Shown: positions 1 through 13,579 of the stretch, in pieces
Position numbering within the stretch: the stretch's first letter is position 1
How the letters are laid out: each line of letters begins with the position of its first letter
Assembly (NCBI RefSeq): GCF_006345805.1
Contig: NC_042999.1
Coordinates: 160,084,001-160,148,000 of the forward strand
DNA length: 64,000 nucleotides
DNA from: Octopus sinensis
Taxonomy: Eukaryota
Reading direction: 5' to 3'
Notes under the pieces: model-generated
Databases searched by the model: none
What the model saw: the letters and a program-made list of their open reading frames with translations, nothing else
What the model was told of the DNA's origin: nothing
Translations under genes and position numbers: made by a program

Positions 1-793
1 TCTGGAGAATTTATCACCAGAGGGGAAAAAAAAATCACCCCCTCCCCTACGAAGACGCAAAGAGTTCTTTTAAGATCGAAGTTAAATGGGGGGGGGGGAA
101 TATGAATCATAGTCTGTCCTTAATTTTAATCATTCCATAAATAAATTTCACATCCAAAACCCCCAATCTAGGCTACAGTGTGACTCGTGCGATTAAATGT
201 ATTAAACGTCAAATGTCAATTGCATGCATTTATAAAAATCTAAATAAACTCGTCGTGTGCTTTGTGGTTGCGTGGTATACACCACGCCGGTTTGCTTCCT
301 CATATTTTTGTCTCCTTACTCCTAATTTATAGGATTAAAAAGAAAAAAGAAGTACATTTGTTATATAGCAGCATATAATATGACAAAAATTGTTGAAGCT
401 GGCAGTCACTCACTCTAGTTTGCATCATTTCCAGAAGTGAGGAGAGAGAAAAGAGAGAGAAGTGAAACAGTAGTATTGGACTGATTCATTCGTCTCTGCT
501 CCGTCAACAGCCCACGCATATATACACACACACACTCTATCTCTCTTTAGATTGTTGCCATTTAGTAGTCTGAAAGTTACTGATCACCAACCAGGAACAC
601 AAGACATAGTAGCATCTCCTCTCCACTTGCAACCGCTCTCACATTCCGACATATTAGTCACCTTCGGTCCATTCCCGATTTCATTTCATCCTTATTTCTT
701 TTGTCCTAAACGTCTAAAAAAAATAATATTCCAATTTCAATACATTTTTACCTGCATTGTTTACTTTGCTTCAATCTCTCTCTTTGTGTGAGT

Positions 794-1055
794 GTATATG
801 TATGTATGTGTATGTATGTATATATATGTATATATGTATATATATATTATATATATATATACTATATATATACATACATATATACATATATATATATACA
901 TATATATATACATACATATATACATATATATATATATACAACCAGATATAATATATATATATATATAACAACCAGATATATATATATAATATATATACAA
1001 CCAGATATATATATATATACAACCAGATATATATATATAATACAACCAGATATAT

Positions 1056-1087
<32 letters not shown>

Positions 1088-1260
1088 CAACCAGTATATA
1101 TATATATATATATTATACAACCAGATATATATATATATATTATACACCAGATATATATATATATATTATATATATACAACCAGATATATATATATATATT
1201 ATATATATATATATATTATATATATATATATACAATATATATATATATATATATACAACC
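794..1260. repeat. (TA)n microsatellite with recurring ACAACCAG spacers
   Basis: TA runs interrupted about ten times by CAACCAG or CACCAG. Confidence 0.95.
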
Positions 1261-1764
1261 AGAGATGAAAAGGGTAAATGTTTTATTTCTCTTTCAATTT
1301 CAGAATTACAACTATTTAGCGGTTTGAGTTTGGCTGCTCTTTCTAGTGAGTCGAATGGCCTATTAGGGCCATTCCTTATATTGTTGAATGTATATTATAT
1401 AGTCTTTGACTATCTTTCCCTTCTCACTAGACCGCTGGTAGCGGAGAATTTTTTTGCTACCCTTATATTTATTAATATATATATATATATATACACCAGA
1501 CACATAATGTCACGAGAAATAAAACTTTATTTAATCTAGACTCTCCTTGCATTGGCGTGAAGTATTCACACTTTTCCAACATAAATTCTTCACATTTGCA
1601 GGCTTCATCACTGATGTTCTTTTGTGTGGCTGTCGCAGTGTGTTGTTTCTTTTTTTTTTTTTTGTTAATAGGAAGGGGCACATACCATTCAAGTAAAAAT
1701 GTTGTGAGATTAAAGGATAGTGAATAGATTTTGTAAAGAAGTTGTGAAAACACCTCCGGGGTAC

Positions 1765-2000
1765 ATAAAGGTAACAAGTGCACACTCTCTCTCTCTGTTC
1801 CTTGTGTGAGAGAGAGAGAGAGATAGAAAGAAAGAAAGAGAGAGAGATACAGAAAGAAAGAGATAGAAGGAAAGAAAGAAAGAGAGAGATAGAAGGAAAG
1901 AAAGAGAGAGAGAGAGAGATAGAAGGAAAGAAAGAGAGAGAGAATGAGAAAGAAAGAAAGAGAGAGAGAATGAGAAAGAAAGAAGGAAAGAAAGAGATAA
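1765..2000. repeat. (AG)n/(AGAA)n compound microsatellite
   Basis: Purine-only GA/GAAA repeats. Confidence 0.9.
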
Positions 2001-2328
2001 GAACTTTCCGAAGTAATGTCAGATGCATTTCAGAATTTCGAGGGGGGGGGGAAAGTGGGGCTGGAATAAAGGTAATAACAAAACCAAGAGGACTGATCGG
2101 CTATTGTAAGATTTGCTATATGAAAAACTGAAAGTGCCGCAAGAAAACCCAGAATTATTGATAAAATATCTCTCATTAGTAATAATATAATTAACATTCA
2201 TCAGAGCAGAAATTGTACATGTTGAATTAAGCTAGAATCATAAGAGTAGCACCATAAGAACAGAGAGAAACAGTTTTTTAAAGATTTTTTCTTCTTTTCT
2301 GTTGAGACAAAAGCAAAATTCTTAGATC

Positions 2329-3591
2329 ATGTATATATATATACATACATATATATATATACGTATATATTATATACATACATATATATATATACGTATA
2401 TATATATATACAATACATACTATAATATATACGTATATATATATATACATACAATCTATATATATATACGTATATATATATATATATACGTATATATATA
2501 TATATATATACGTATATATATATATATACGTATATATATAATATATCGTACATATATATATATATACATACAATTATATATATACATACATATATATATA
2601 TCATACATATATATATATACATACATAATATATATATTACATACATATATATATACATACATACATATATACATACTATAATATATACATACTACATATA
2701 TATATACATACATATATATATACATACAATATATACATACATATATAACATACATATATTATACATACATACATTATACATATATATATACATACATACA
2801 TTATAGATACATATATACATATATACATACATATATAATACATACATATATATATACATACATATATACATACATATATAATATATACATATATACATAC
2901 ATATATATATATACATAATACATACATATAATATATACATATATACAACATATATATATATACATACATACATACATATAATATAATACATACATACATA
3001 CATATCTATATATACAATACATAATATATAATATATTATACATACATATATATATTACATACTATATATATACATACATACAATATATATATATATATAC
3101 ATACATATTATATATAATACACACATATATATATATTATACATACCTAATATATAAGATATATATACATACATATATATATATATACTTACATATATATA
3201 TATATATACATACATATTGATATATATACATACATATATAATATTATACATACATATATATATATACATACATATATATATACATACATATATATATATA
3301 TATACATACTATATATATATATACATACATATATATATATATACATACATATATATATATACTACATAATATATATTACATACATATATATATATACATA
3401 TATATATATATACATACATATATATAATATATACATATATATATATACATACATATATATATATACATATATATATATATACTATACTACATATATATAT
3501 ATATACATACATATATATATATATACATACAATATTATATACATACATACATATATATATATAACATACATATATATATATATCATACATA

Positions 3592-3624
<33 letters not shown>

Positions 3625-3789
3625 TATATATACATACATATATATATATATACATACATATATATATATATACATACATATATATATATACATACATATA
3701 TATATATAACATACATATATATATATATACATACTATATATATCTACATACATATATATATACATACATACTATATATATACATACATA

Positions 3790-3830
<41 letters not shown>

Positions 3831-4168
3831 ATATATATACATACAATATATATATATATATATACATACATATACATACATATAATATACATACATATAT
3901 ATATAATACATATATATATATATACATAATATATATATATATATACATCATATAATATATATATAATACATATATATATATACACACATATATATATATA
4001 TACATACATATATATATATATACATACATATATATATTATACATACATATATATATATATATACATACATATTATATATATATATATATACATACATATA
4101 TATATATATATATACATACATATAATATAATATATTACATATATATTATATATATACATACATATTAT

Positions 4169-4202
<34 letters not shown>

Positions 4203-4308
4203 CATACATATATATATATACATACATATATATATTATATATATATACATACATACATATATATATATATACATACAATATATATATATACATATATATA
4301 TATATAAC

Positions 4309-4339
<31 letters not shown>

Positions 4340-4703
4340 CATACATATATATATATATACATACATATATATATAGATATATACATATATATATAATACA
4401 TATATACACATATATATATATATACATAATATACACATATATATATATACATATATACACATATATATATATATATACATATATACACCATATATATATA
4501 TATACATATACACATATATATATACATATATACACATATATATATATACATATATACACACATATATATATATACATATAACACACATATATATATATAC
4601 ATATATACACACATATATATATATACATATATACACACATATTATATACATATATACACATATAATATATACATATATACACATATATATATATATACAC
4701 ATA

Positions 4704-4736
<33 letters not shown>

Positions 4737-5104
4737 CATATATTATACATACATATATATATACATATATACATATATATACATATATATCATATATACA
4801 TATATATACATATATACATATCATCATCATCATCATCCATCATTTAAACGTCCGTTTTCCGCGCTAGCACGGTTGGACGGTTCGACCGGGGTCTGGGAGC
4901 TCGGACTGCCCCAGGCTCCAGTCTAGTCTGGCAGTGTTTCACAGCTGGATCCCTTCCTAACGCCAACCACCCGCGAGTGTAGTGGGTGTTTTTTACATAC
5001 ATAATACATATATACATATATATTACATATATACATATATACATATATATACAATATACATATATATACATATATACCTATATATACACATACATATATA
5101 ATAC

Positions 5105-5138
<34 letters not shown>

Positions 5139-5146
5139 ATACATAC

Positions 5147-5179
<33 letters not shown>

Positions 5180-5220
5180 CATACATATATATATATAATC
5201 ATACATATATATATATATAC

Positions 5221-5254
<34 letters not shown>

Positions 5255-5430
5255 TATATACAAATATGCATACATATATATTATATACAAATATGCATAC
5301 ATATATATTATATACATATATGCATACATATATATACATATATGCATACATATATGCATACATATATATATATATACATATATGCATACATATATACATA
5401 CATATATATATATATAAATATATATATATT
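2329..5430. repeat. About 3.1 kb compound (TA)/(TACA) microsatellite
   Basis: Continuous TA/CA low-complexity sequence, interrupted only by the retro-element tail at 4821-4997. Confidence 0.97.
4821..4997 (-). mobile_element. RTE-type LINE 3' end / RTE-mobilised element, (GAT)n tail (family C)
   Basis: (CAT)n then aaacgtccgttttcc...cccttcctaacgccaaccac, the reverse complement of the family C 3' end. Confidence 0.75.
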
Positions 5431-5909
5431 TAAAAATTAAAAGATGGAATGCTGAATTAATATACGATTAGAAATGTATTTTCTTTCGATTATGCTGCAT
5501 ATTTATAGATAAACAAACAAACTTCTCAATCAGGCAATTTTTGGGGAAAATATTAAATGCTTCATGTTTTGTTTACATAGAATTGTTTGATAATTTCACT
5601 TGGAGCAGCGACTTATATTATTCTTTCTTTTCGGGGTTTTTGACTGAAATACCTGAGAAACGATGTACATTTTTGCCATCATAAATTTCGTTGGTTAAAG
5701 AATAAAGAATAAAGAGACCGAAGAGATGGGTTTGCGAGGAAAAAGGGGGAAAAAAAACAAATGACAAGGACCTGAGTCAGAGAGAAAAAGGCGTGAGAAG
5801 ACGAAAAAAACGGTAGAGACGGAGCGGATTACCGGTCGACTGATGGGGAATTTCTCTTTATAGGAACAACAGAGGATGAAAAAAAATGTTTGGATTTGTA
5901 TTTACTTAC

Positions 5910-6150
5910 CTATGTCTACAGCTTCTAAAGAAATTCCATCGATAACGATACACAACAAAGAATATATCCGGGAAAATATAAATCGTCTGTTAACCGTCGC
6001 ACCTTCCACACAACATGGCGGTGCTCCATTGCCTCAGTTGCTGGAAGAGTACAATACAAAGGGACACAACTTCGGCTGCGGCGGGGGGGGGGAGGATCAT
6101 CCTTTGAAGCAAATTCTTCTTCTTCTTCGGATTCATTCTTAGCCGAATGT
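5910..6150 (-). promoter_or_regulatory. Candidate non-coding first exon / promoter of a minus-strand neighbouring gene
   Basis: CpG-containing unique sequence, YY1-like CAACATGGCG at 6011-6020, and minus-strand donor ATAG|GTAAGTA at 5910/5909. No convincing ORF. Confidence 0.35.
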
Positions 6151-6373
6151 ACCATTCTAACACAAAATCTCTAAGTGTTTATTTAGCAATTCGAACCCTG
6201 CAACTCTTCATTTGAAGCCACTCAATTTTATTTTACTTCTGTAACTTTTTTTTCTTTATGTTACAGAAGAATATATATATTAAAGACTGTCGCCTTTGTT
6301 TCTTTAATTAACTCTGCTGCTATCAACACCAGGTCAAGATTTTAAACAAATTGATTATGGTAATATTTATGTT

Positions 6374-6603
6374 GGCGGCGAGCTGGCAGAACCATTATCA
6401 CACCGGGCGAAATGCTTTGTGGTATTTCGTATGCCGTTACGTTCTGAGTTCAAATTCCGCCGAGGTCTACTTTGCCTTTCATCCTTTCGGGGGTCGATAA
6501 ATTAAGTACCAGTTACGCACTGGGGTCGATGTAATCGACTTAATCAGTTTGTCGGTCCTTGTTTGTCCTCTGTGTTTAGCCCCTTGTGGGTAGTAAAGAA
6601 ATA
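6374..6603 (+). mobile_element. tRNA-derived SINE family B (Nin/Deu-domain-like), full length
   Basis: B-box-like GAGTTCAAATTCC, core CTTTGCCTTTCATCCTTTCGGGGGTCGATAAATTAAGTACCAG, TSD GGTAATATTTATGTT (6359-6373 / 6604-6618). Confidence 0.85.
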
Positions 6604-6742
6604 GGTAATATTTATGTTGGTTGTGATAAAATATTATTTCTAGTTAAGGAATAGTAAAGCTCATAGTGTAGTAATTTACTGTTAATAGACAAAGAGGAAT
6701 GCTTGTTTTCAGCCAGCTTCGGATGGTTTGATTCAGAATATA

Positions 6743-6978
6743 TATTTCTTTACTACCCACAAGGGGCTAAACATAGAGGGGACAAACAAGGACAGACAAA
6801 GGAATTAAGTCGATTACATAGACCCCCCCCCCCCAGTGCGAAACTGGTACTTTATTTATTGACCCAGAAAGGATGAAAGGCAAAGTCGACCTCGGCGGAA
6901 TTTGAACTCAGAACGTAACGGCAGACGAAATACGGCTACGCATTTCGCCCGGCGTGCTAACGTTTCTGCCAGCTCGCC
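6743..6978 (-). mobile_element. SINE family B, full length
   Basis: Reverse complement of the 6374 copy; TSD TGATTCAGAATATA. Confidence 0.85.
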
Positions 6979-7508
6979 TATAATTGATTCAGAATATACT
7001 TCAGATAAAAATGCGAGAACGTTACTTCTCAATTTCTAAAACACCGATATAATCCTATCAGTCATATTGATTTCAAATTTTGGCACGAGGCCAGAAAGTT
7101 AGGGAGTAGGAGCTAGTCGATTACATCGATATAAGTGGTCAACTGGTGCTTATTTTATCGACCCCCCGAAAGGGTGAAAGTCAACGTCAGCGAAATTTGA
7201 ACTCAGAACGTGAACATGGACGAAATGCCGCTAACTATTTTGCCCAGCATGCTAACGATTTTGCCAGCTCATCACGTTAATCCATAAATCATATTGACCA
7301 AGCTTGTAATTCAACTTTTCACAAAATATACTGTGGCGATATGGCCAGTTACAGTTGCTCTGGACAGTTTAAGGACCCAAACAAAGGGTCATGAGACTTA
7401 ACCTTATTTGTAACTGCATATACTTGTAGCAATCTCAATGCATTAATTAATGATTTCAAATTTTGGCACAAGACCACAAATTTCAGTGGAGCTGCTAAAT
7501 CGATTACA

Positions 7509-7931
7509 GGATCTTTTCGGTTTGAACGGCAGTTTTTAACATAATTTCTAGGTAACTAAAAAATTTTAAACTTCGTATACTGGTAGAATGTGTTTATAAA
7601 ACATCTTTTTCTCTTGGCTTTATTGAGAAAATTCTATAGTTTGTAAGATATTTGTTGTTTTTTTCTTCAATTTCTGCAATTTCAACCAATCACTGACGTC
7701 CATTGAGGTAAAAAAAAGCATTCTGTGCCATATGAATATGTCCTTCGTTTAAGAAACAGATTGGGTTTATTTACATTTGTGAAGAAAAAAATATACTCTT
7801 CCCTCTAACCCTAACTAACCCTAACCCTAAAACAGATTGAAATGCAATAGATCGATACTAGGGTCATAATTATGGGTGACAATTTCATATGACACCGCTA
7901 GAAAAAACTGCCGTTCAAACCGAAAAGATCC
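7509..7931. mobile_element. MITE family M1 (GGATCTTTTCGGTTTGAACGGCAG TIR), inserted in a family B-like SINE
   Basis: About 28 bp TIRs, internal CCCTAA repeats, degraded 8-bp TSD (cgattaca/caaataca). Confidence 0.88.
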
Positions 7932-8275
7932 CAAATACATTGACTCCAGTGTTTAGCTAGTACTTATTTTATCGACTCCCTAAAGATGAAAGGCAAAGTT
8001 GACCCCTGCGGAATTTGAACTCGGAACGGAAAGACAGACGAAAGGCAGCTAACGATTCTGTCTGCTCGCCACCTTTAATTGATTAATAAAATACATTGTT
8101 TAACCCCTTTTTACTTCTGATCCAGCGGACATATAACCAACGGCTTTCCACCATGATCATCCTGTCTTTTCTCATCTCATTTGTCCTTTCTTTTTTTAGG
8201 CAGTAACTATAATTCAAGGAAGATTTAATTGCTGTTCTCACATTGGGGCTACCATCTCGTGATATTACACAAAAA

Positions 8276-8694
8276 GGATCTTTTCAGTTTGAACGGCAGT
8301 TTTTAACATAATTTCTAGGTAACTAAAAAATTTTAAACTTCGTCTACTGGTAGAATGTGTTTATAAAACATCTTTTTCTCTTGGCTTTATTGAGAAAATT
8401 CTATAGTTTGTAAGATATTTGTTGTTTTTTTTCTTCAATTTCTGCAATTTCAACCAATCACTGACGTCCATTGAGGTAAAAAACATTCTGTGCTGTATGA
8501 ATATGTCCCTCGTTTAGGAAACATATTGGGTTTATTTACATTTGTGAATTAAAAAACATACCCTTCCCCCCACCCCTAACTCTAACCCTAACCTTAAAAC
8601 AGATTGAAATGCAATAGATCGATACTAGGGTCATAATTATGGGTGACAATTTCATATGACACAGAAAAAACTGCCGTTCAAACCGAAAAGATAC
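8276..8694. mobile_element. MITE family M1
   Basis: Same TIRs and body; perfect 8-bp TSD CACAAAAA. Confidence 0.9.
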
Positions 8695-10548
8695 CACAAA
8701 AACATAAGACACTTTTCTGTTAGTTTTAGTGAATAGATTACTATGTTTGGGTGAAATAAATTTTATCACTGCAATCATCAAAGCTAGATTATTTACATTG
8801 CCTTGAATTATACAATGCACAAACCTACTCTTGCTTAGATAAAGTAAAGTCATTTCATTTGGAAATCAGAAATGTTCACAGACATCAAGTTACTTGAGCA
8901 GTTGGAGAACAGAAACTATACAAAAGTAGGAACGAAGATAAAAATGAAATACTTATCTGTTTTACATTGCAATTTGTGATCAATTGCATTGTTTGTTATA
9001 GATTATCAATGGGCCAACCACTGGTTCACTATATTCCTGATAATGAAAATGAAATGCCAATAGCTTGAGGTACATCAGTGATTTTTGTAAGTAAAGCATT
9101 GATTTTTTTTCTGTTAACGTTTTTGTTTTTTGCCAATATACAATAGTGAAAGTATGCGCATACACACACACACAATAGGCTTCCATACAGTTTCTGTTTA
9201 TCAAATTCCATTCAAAAGGTATTTGTCAGCCCAAGTCACAGTAGAAGACATTTGCATAGGTACTGTGCAGGGGGATCAAATGCAAAACCGTGTAATTCTG
9301 AAGTAAACTTCTTAAGTCACAGCCATGATTTGTGTGCAGAGCCTTGATTGGCCTATCACATCACCTTACTATTATTGAGAATATAAATCAATTTATCCCA
9401 TCTGTTTCAGCCAAAATTCCAACATTGTATCGAAAGCAATTGTATGATTTGTTTCTAGCTCATTGGCTTTCCTCTGAAATATAAAGAGCACCAAGTAAAA
9501 GTTAACGAGAAGGTTTATTGTTCAAATGGAATTTCTGCAAAAATAAAGTAAATTTGCCTGTGAAATAGGTGTTCTCTTAACTAATAAGCCAATTAGATAT
9601 GAAACCCCACATGTTTAAATTAACGCTGCAACAGAACTGTTCCCCTGGTGGAACAATGGTTTTTCTCTGACAGCAATTTTACATTTTTCTGATGCCTTTA
9701 GCTAGGCCCGAAATAATGTTTTCACCACTTGATCCTTTCTAACCTCTTCTACTTCACCAAAAGAATACAGATAACAAGACCACCAACTAAATCTATTGTT
9801 CTCAATGATATATCTATCCTTCTGGATTTTTATATAAGCAAGCACACCCCAAACAAAAGTCAGTTCGTCACAGTCGTGACGACTCAATGGAGTTAGTCAC
9901 CTTCGTGACAAACTCGTGAGTTGAGAGAGAGCTAACATCAGTTGGTGAACCGACCACTAGAATTATGGAAGCAGGCAGATAACACGGCCAGAGGGAAAAG
10001 GAAGACAACGCCCCACACTCTCTCACTCTCACTAGCTCCAATTCTGTTCTCTTACAACATCATTCTATCTCTATCTGTAATTACTACTAAACAATGAAGA
10101 GAACACAAACTGTACTTTGCATGCTTTTGGATGTATCAAAACCTGCCCAGCGAGGCAATGTATTTGTAACGTAATGGTAAATAAATATTTCCTTAAAACT
10201 TCATGCATTGTTAATCTTTTATCGTCACAACTGCTGATTATGACAAATCATAATAATATTGTGTACCAAATCAATTAAATCTGTTACATGTGCAAGAAAT
10301 CAAACTAGATCAGGGGTAACCTCTACTTTATGGTTCTCACTATCATTTCTTTTTCCATGTTAGTTCCATCAATGAAAGACAGCAGAAGTAATTCTTGTTA
10401 ATAAAATTCATGATAAAATTCATTTACCTAAAAATTATTCTAAATCAATATTTTTCAACCTTTTGATCCTATTCCCCACTTTGATTTTCCCCAAGAAAAC
10501 ATGAACCTCATCATGAATGAAGTTGATATATAACACACACATATACAA

Positions 10549-11432
10549 ACAGTCTTCAGCTAAATATGATGATTTATATATTTTAAGGAACAGCATAATG
10601 CATTGGTGAACAGCTAGTGCTGTTGATGAGCCTAGAGATTAAAGCTGTAGTTGAGAAAAAGTTAGCTGATATGGAGGACTGGAAGCCATCTGAATATTGG
10701 AAAACAGTTACTTGTAATCATTCACACCAGGTATCAAATTACTAATGTCATGACTGCTATTCAATGCTTTGTGAACACTATGAAGGCTGTAAAACATGAC
10801 ATGGACAGCTGCAATAGAGACTACAAAGTCATGACCAGCAGGAAAGGACACAGCTGGCATTCTCTGACTGTGTCTGTCTGCCAGAATTCATCTCCACGTC
10901 TTTGAACTGGGTCTTGGGCTCAATATAGACATTTATGTGAAACAGCTGGAGATTGTAGTCAACCCCTGGATGGAGAAGGTTACTACTAGAAAGCCAGGTG
11001 TGTGACAGCAGGATTTGGCTCCTTGCATACCTCCAGAAAGGGAAGTATTTGTCAGAGAATTTCTACAATTTCACTGCCCCAATTTCTGGCCTTCTAATTC
11101 CTTTCATTGTAATCCCATTGAATACTATGTGTGAAATACGGTTGAAAAAGACACCAACCACTCTGCCTGCAACACCAAGGCTGAGCTGGTGACCAAAATG
11201 AAGTAGGTGTTTGAATATCTTCCCAGGGACACAGTGACGAATGCATGTTCCTTGTTCCAGAACTGTCTTGGGGTTATGGTTGGAGCTGAGAGTAGCTACT
11301 TCGTGTAAAATGCTATCTCCCAGCCATAATCTAGTTGATAGTTTTTGATTTTTTAAAAATAATTTTAGTTTTGGATGGAATATTGAGTTTTCTTTCTCTT
11401 TTATACAAACTGTCAAATTTAGCTTGAACAGT
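10549..11432 (+). mobile_element. Degenerate Tc1/mariner (maT-like) transposon
   Basis: Frameshifted remnants QQDLAP, FWPSNS..CNPIEYYV and NTKAELV typical of the Tc1-like catalytic C-terminus; weak TIR similarity at the ends. Confidence 0.65.
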
Positions 11433-12424
11433 ATTCAAAATAAGTGTTAATTAAACCTTTATTGCAAGTCTTATTCACTTGTTGCTTGCTTTTTGCCCCA
11501 TTCTGAAGTAATCCATGCTTCACTAAAATATTGCCATGACCTACTAGTGGAGTGTGTTTCCCTTCAGAAACACTATTCTAAATTAATTTTTGCATTTTCA
11601 TCTAGTGCTGTTGAACTTGAATGACTATTAATAGACATGCTGAAGAAATCTCACAACCTCAAATTCTCTTCTAATAAATGCAATTTGAGGCAAAGGTGTT
11701 GCTGTGTGGTTTTTGATTCCATTCATTGTATAGAGCTTTGGGAAAGTGTTTTCTATTTCCTCAGTGCTTTGCAAATAAAATTTGATGGACATAAACTGTA
11801 CAGAAGTCCATTATGTGTGTGTATGCGCGCGCATGTGCAAGTATTTCCGTATCTTTTCATACTGACTTCATTTAATCAACATGTCCTATTCAGCAAGTTC
11901 ATTAGTTTTTGTGCAAAGACCAGTGAAATAAAGTACCTTACCTAGAAAACAAGTAAGAGCTGGTGACAGGAAGGGCATCTAGCTGTAGAATACTACCTCA
12001 ATGGGTCTCATCCAACCCATGCCAGCATGAAAAATGTGGACATAAAACTGAAATGATAATGATCTCAATATAGACCATTAATAGTATGTGTAGGATCAGG
12101 TGAACCATTCATATACAGGTAGGATAAGGTAGCATGCTGGGCAAAATGCTCAACAGTTTTCACATTCTGAGTTCAAATTCCACTGAGATCAACTTTACCT
12201 TTCATCTTTCAGGGTTGATATAAAATAAGCACCGGTTGAGCATTGGGGTCAATGTAACTGACATAGCCCTCCCCTGAAATTGCTGGCCTTGTGCCAAAAT
12301 TTGAAAGCAATATAGGATGCTATATTAGTTCTTCCTTTAAAGAATGGATGAAGTCTCACCAGAAGTGAGACTTTGGTCATTGATTTTTGTGGCATGCATG
12401 AACATTGTGCTTAGATTCTTTTGT

Positions 12425-12817
12425 TTTTTATTTGTTTCGGTCATTAGACTGTGGCCATGCTGGAGCACTGCCTTGAAGAATTTTAGTTGAACTAATTGAC
12501 CCCAGTACATGTTTCCTTTTAAACCTTGGTACTTATTCTGTTGGTCTCTTTTGCCAAACCACTAAGTTACAGGAATCTAAACACACCAACACTGGTTGTC
12601 AAGCAGTGGTGTGAGACAAACAAAGACACACACTCATACACACACACACACACACATATACAACAGACTTCTTTCAGTTTCCCTCTACCAAATCCACTCA
12701 CAAGGCTTTGGTCGGCCTGAGGCTAAAGTAAAAGAGACTTGCCCTAGGTGCCATATAGTGGGAGTGAACCCAAGACCATGTGGTTGGGAAGCAAACTTCT
12801 TACCATACAACCATGAC
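12425..12817 (-). mobile_element. tRNA-derived SINE family A, diverged copy
   Basis: Same layout as the younger family A copies, with many CpG-to-TpG-type changes. Confidence 0.75.
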
Positions 12818-13019
12818 CATTGTTAAAACTTCATAGCTTACTCAAAAATAAATAGGTTGTGGTGCTGACAAATGTTATTAAAAGAAGGTCTATTCTAAGA
12901 ATGACACTCCAATATTTCACTTGATAGTGGAGAACACAGTGTTTCTGGAAGCTTTGGAAAAAATGTGGGGAGAAAGGAACAATATTGGTCAATAAGAAGA
13001 GAAGTTAGACATCAGGTGT

Positions 13020-13561
13020 ATATGGCATGGGGAGAAGCTAAAAGCAATGGAAGATCAGAGATGTGAGGTGTTCTGGATTGCAAGACATCATCAAGGAAAT
13101 GAGAAAAAGTGGCACTTAAAGGGCACTATTCGAGCGTGATCGTTACCAGCATCGCCTTACTGGCACTTGTGCCCATGCTAGTAGGGTGCCAAGAGCACCA
13201 TCCAAGCGTGATCGTTGCCAGAGCAGCCAACTAGCTTCCGTGCCGATGGCACGTAAAAGGGCACCATTCGAGCGTGATCGTTACCAGCATCACCTTACTG
13301 GCACCTGTGCTGGTGGCATATGTAAAAGGATTCAAGCGAGGTCGTTGCCAATACCGCCTGACTGGCCTCCATGCCAGTGGCACGTAAAAAGCACCCACTA
13401 CACTCTTGGAGTGGTTGGCGTTAGGAAGGGCATCCAGCTGTAGAAACTCTGCCAGATCGAGACTGGAGCCTGGTGCAGCCATCTGGTTTGCCAGCCCTCA
13501 GTCAAAATCGTCCAACCCATGCTAGCATGGAAAGTGGATGTTAAACGATGATGATGATGAT
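13020..13561 (+). mobile_element. RTE-type 3' end with internal tandem repeats (family C)
   Basis: Repeated cgagcgtgatcgttaccagc units, ggagtggttggcgttaggaagggcatccagctg core, (GAT)n tail. Confidence 0.8.
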
Positions 13562-13579
13562 CTGAACTGTTGATTCAAG

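Noticed and set aside
412-713. Possible minus-strand UTR exon (acceptor at 714, GTGAGT donor near 411)
   Set aside because: Splice-like signals occur on both strands here and there is no coding support, so it cannot be called.
757-5399. Dozens of Y/I/C/M-rich ORFs here and at 24.6-25.2, 33.0-33.6, 37.0-37.4, 38.3-38.7 and 55.6-56.0 kb
   Set aside because: They are translations of (TA)n/(TACA)n microsatellites, which lack stop codons.
7800-7830. True or fused telomere
   Set aside because: Only a few CCCTAA units, always inside MITEs.
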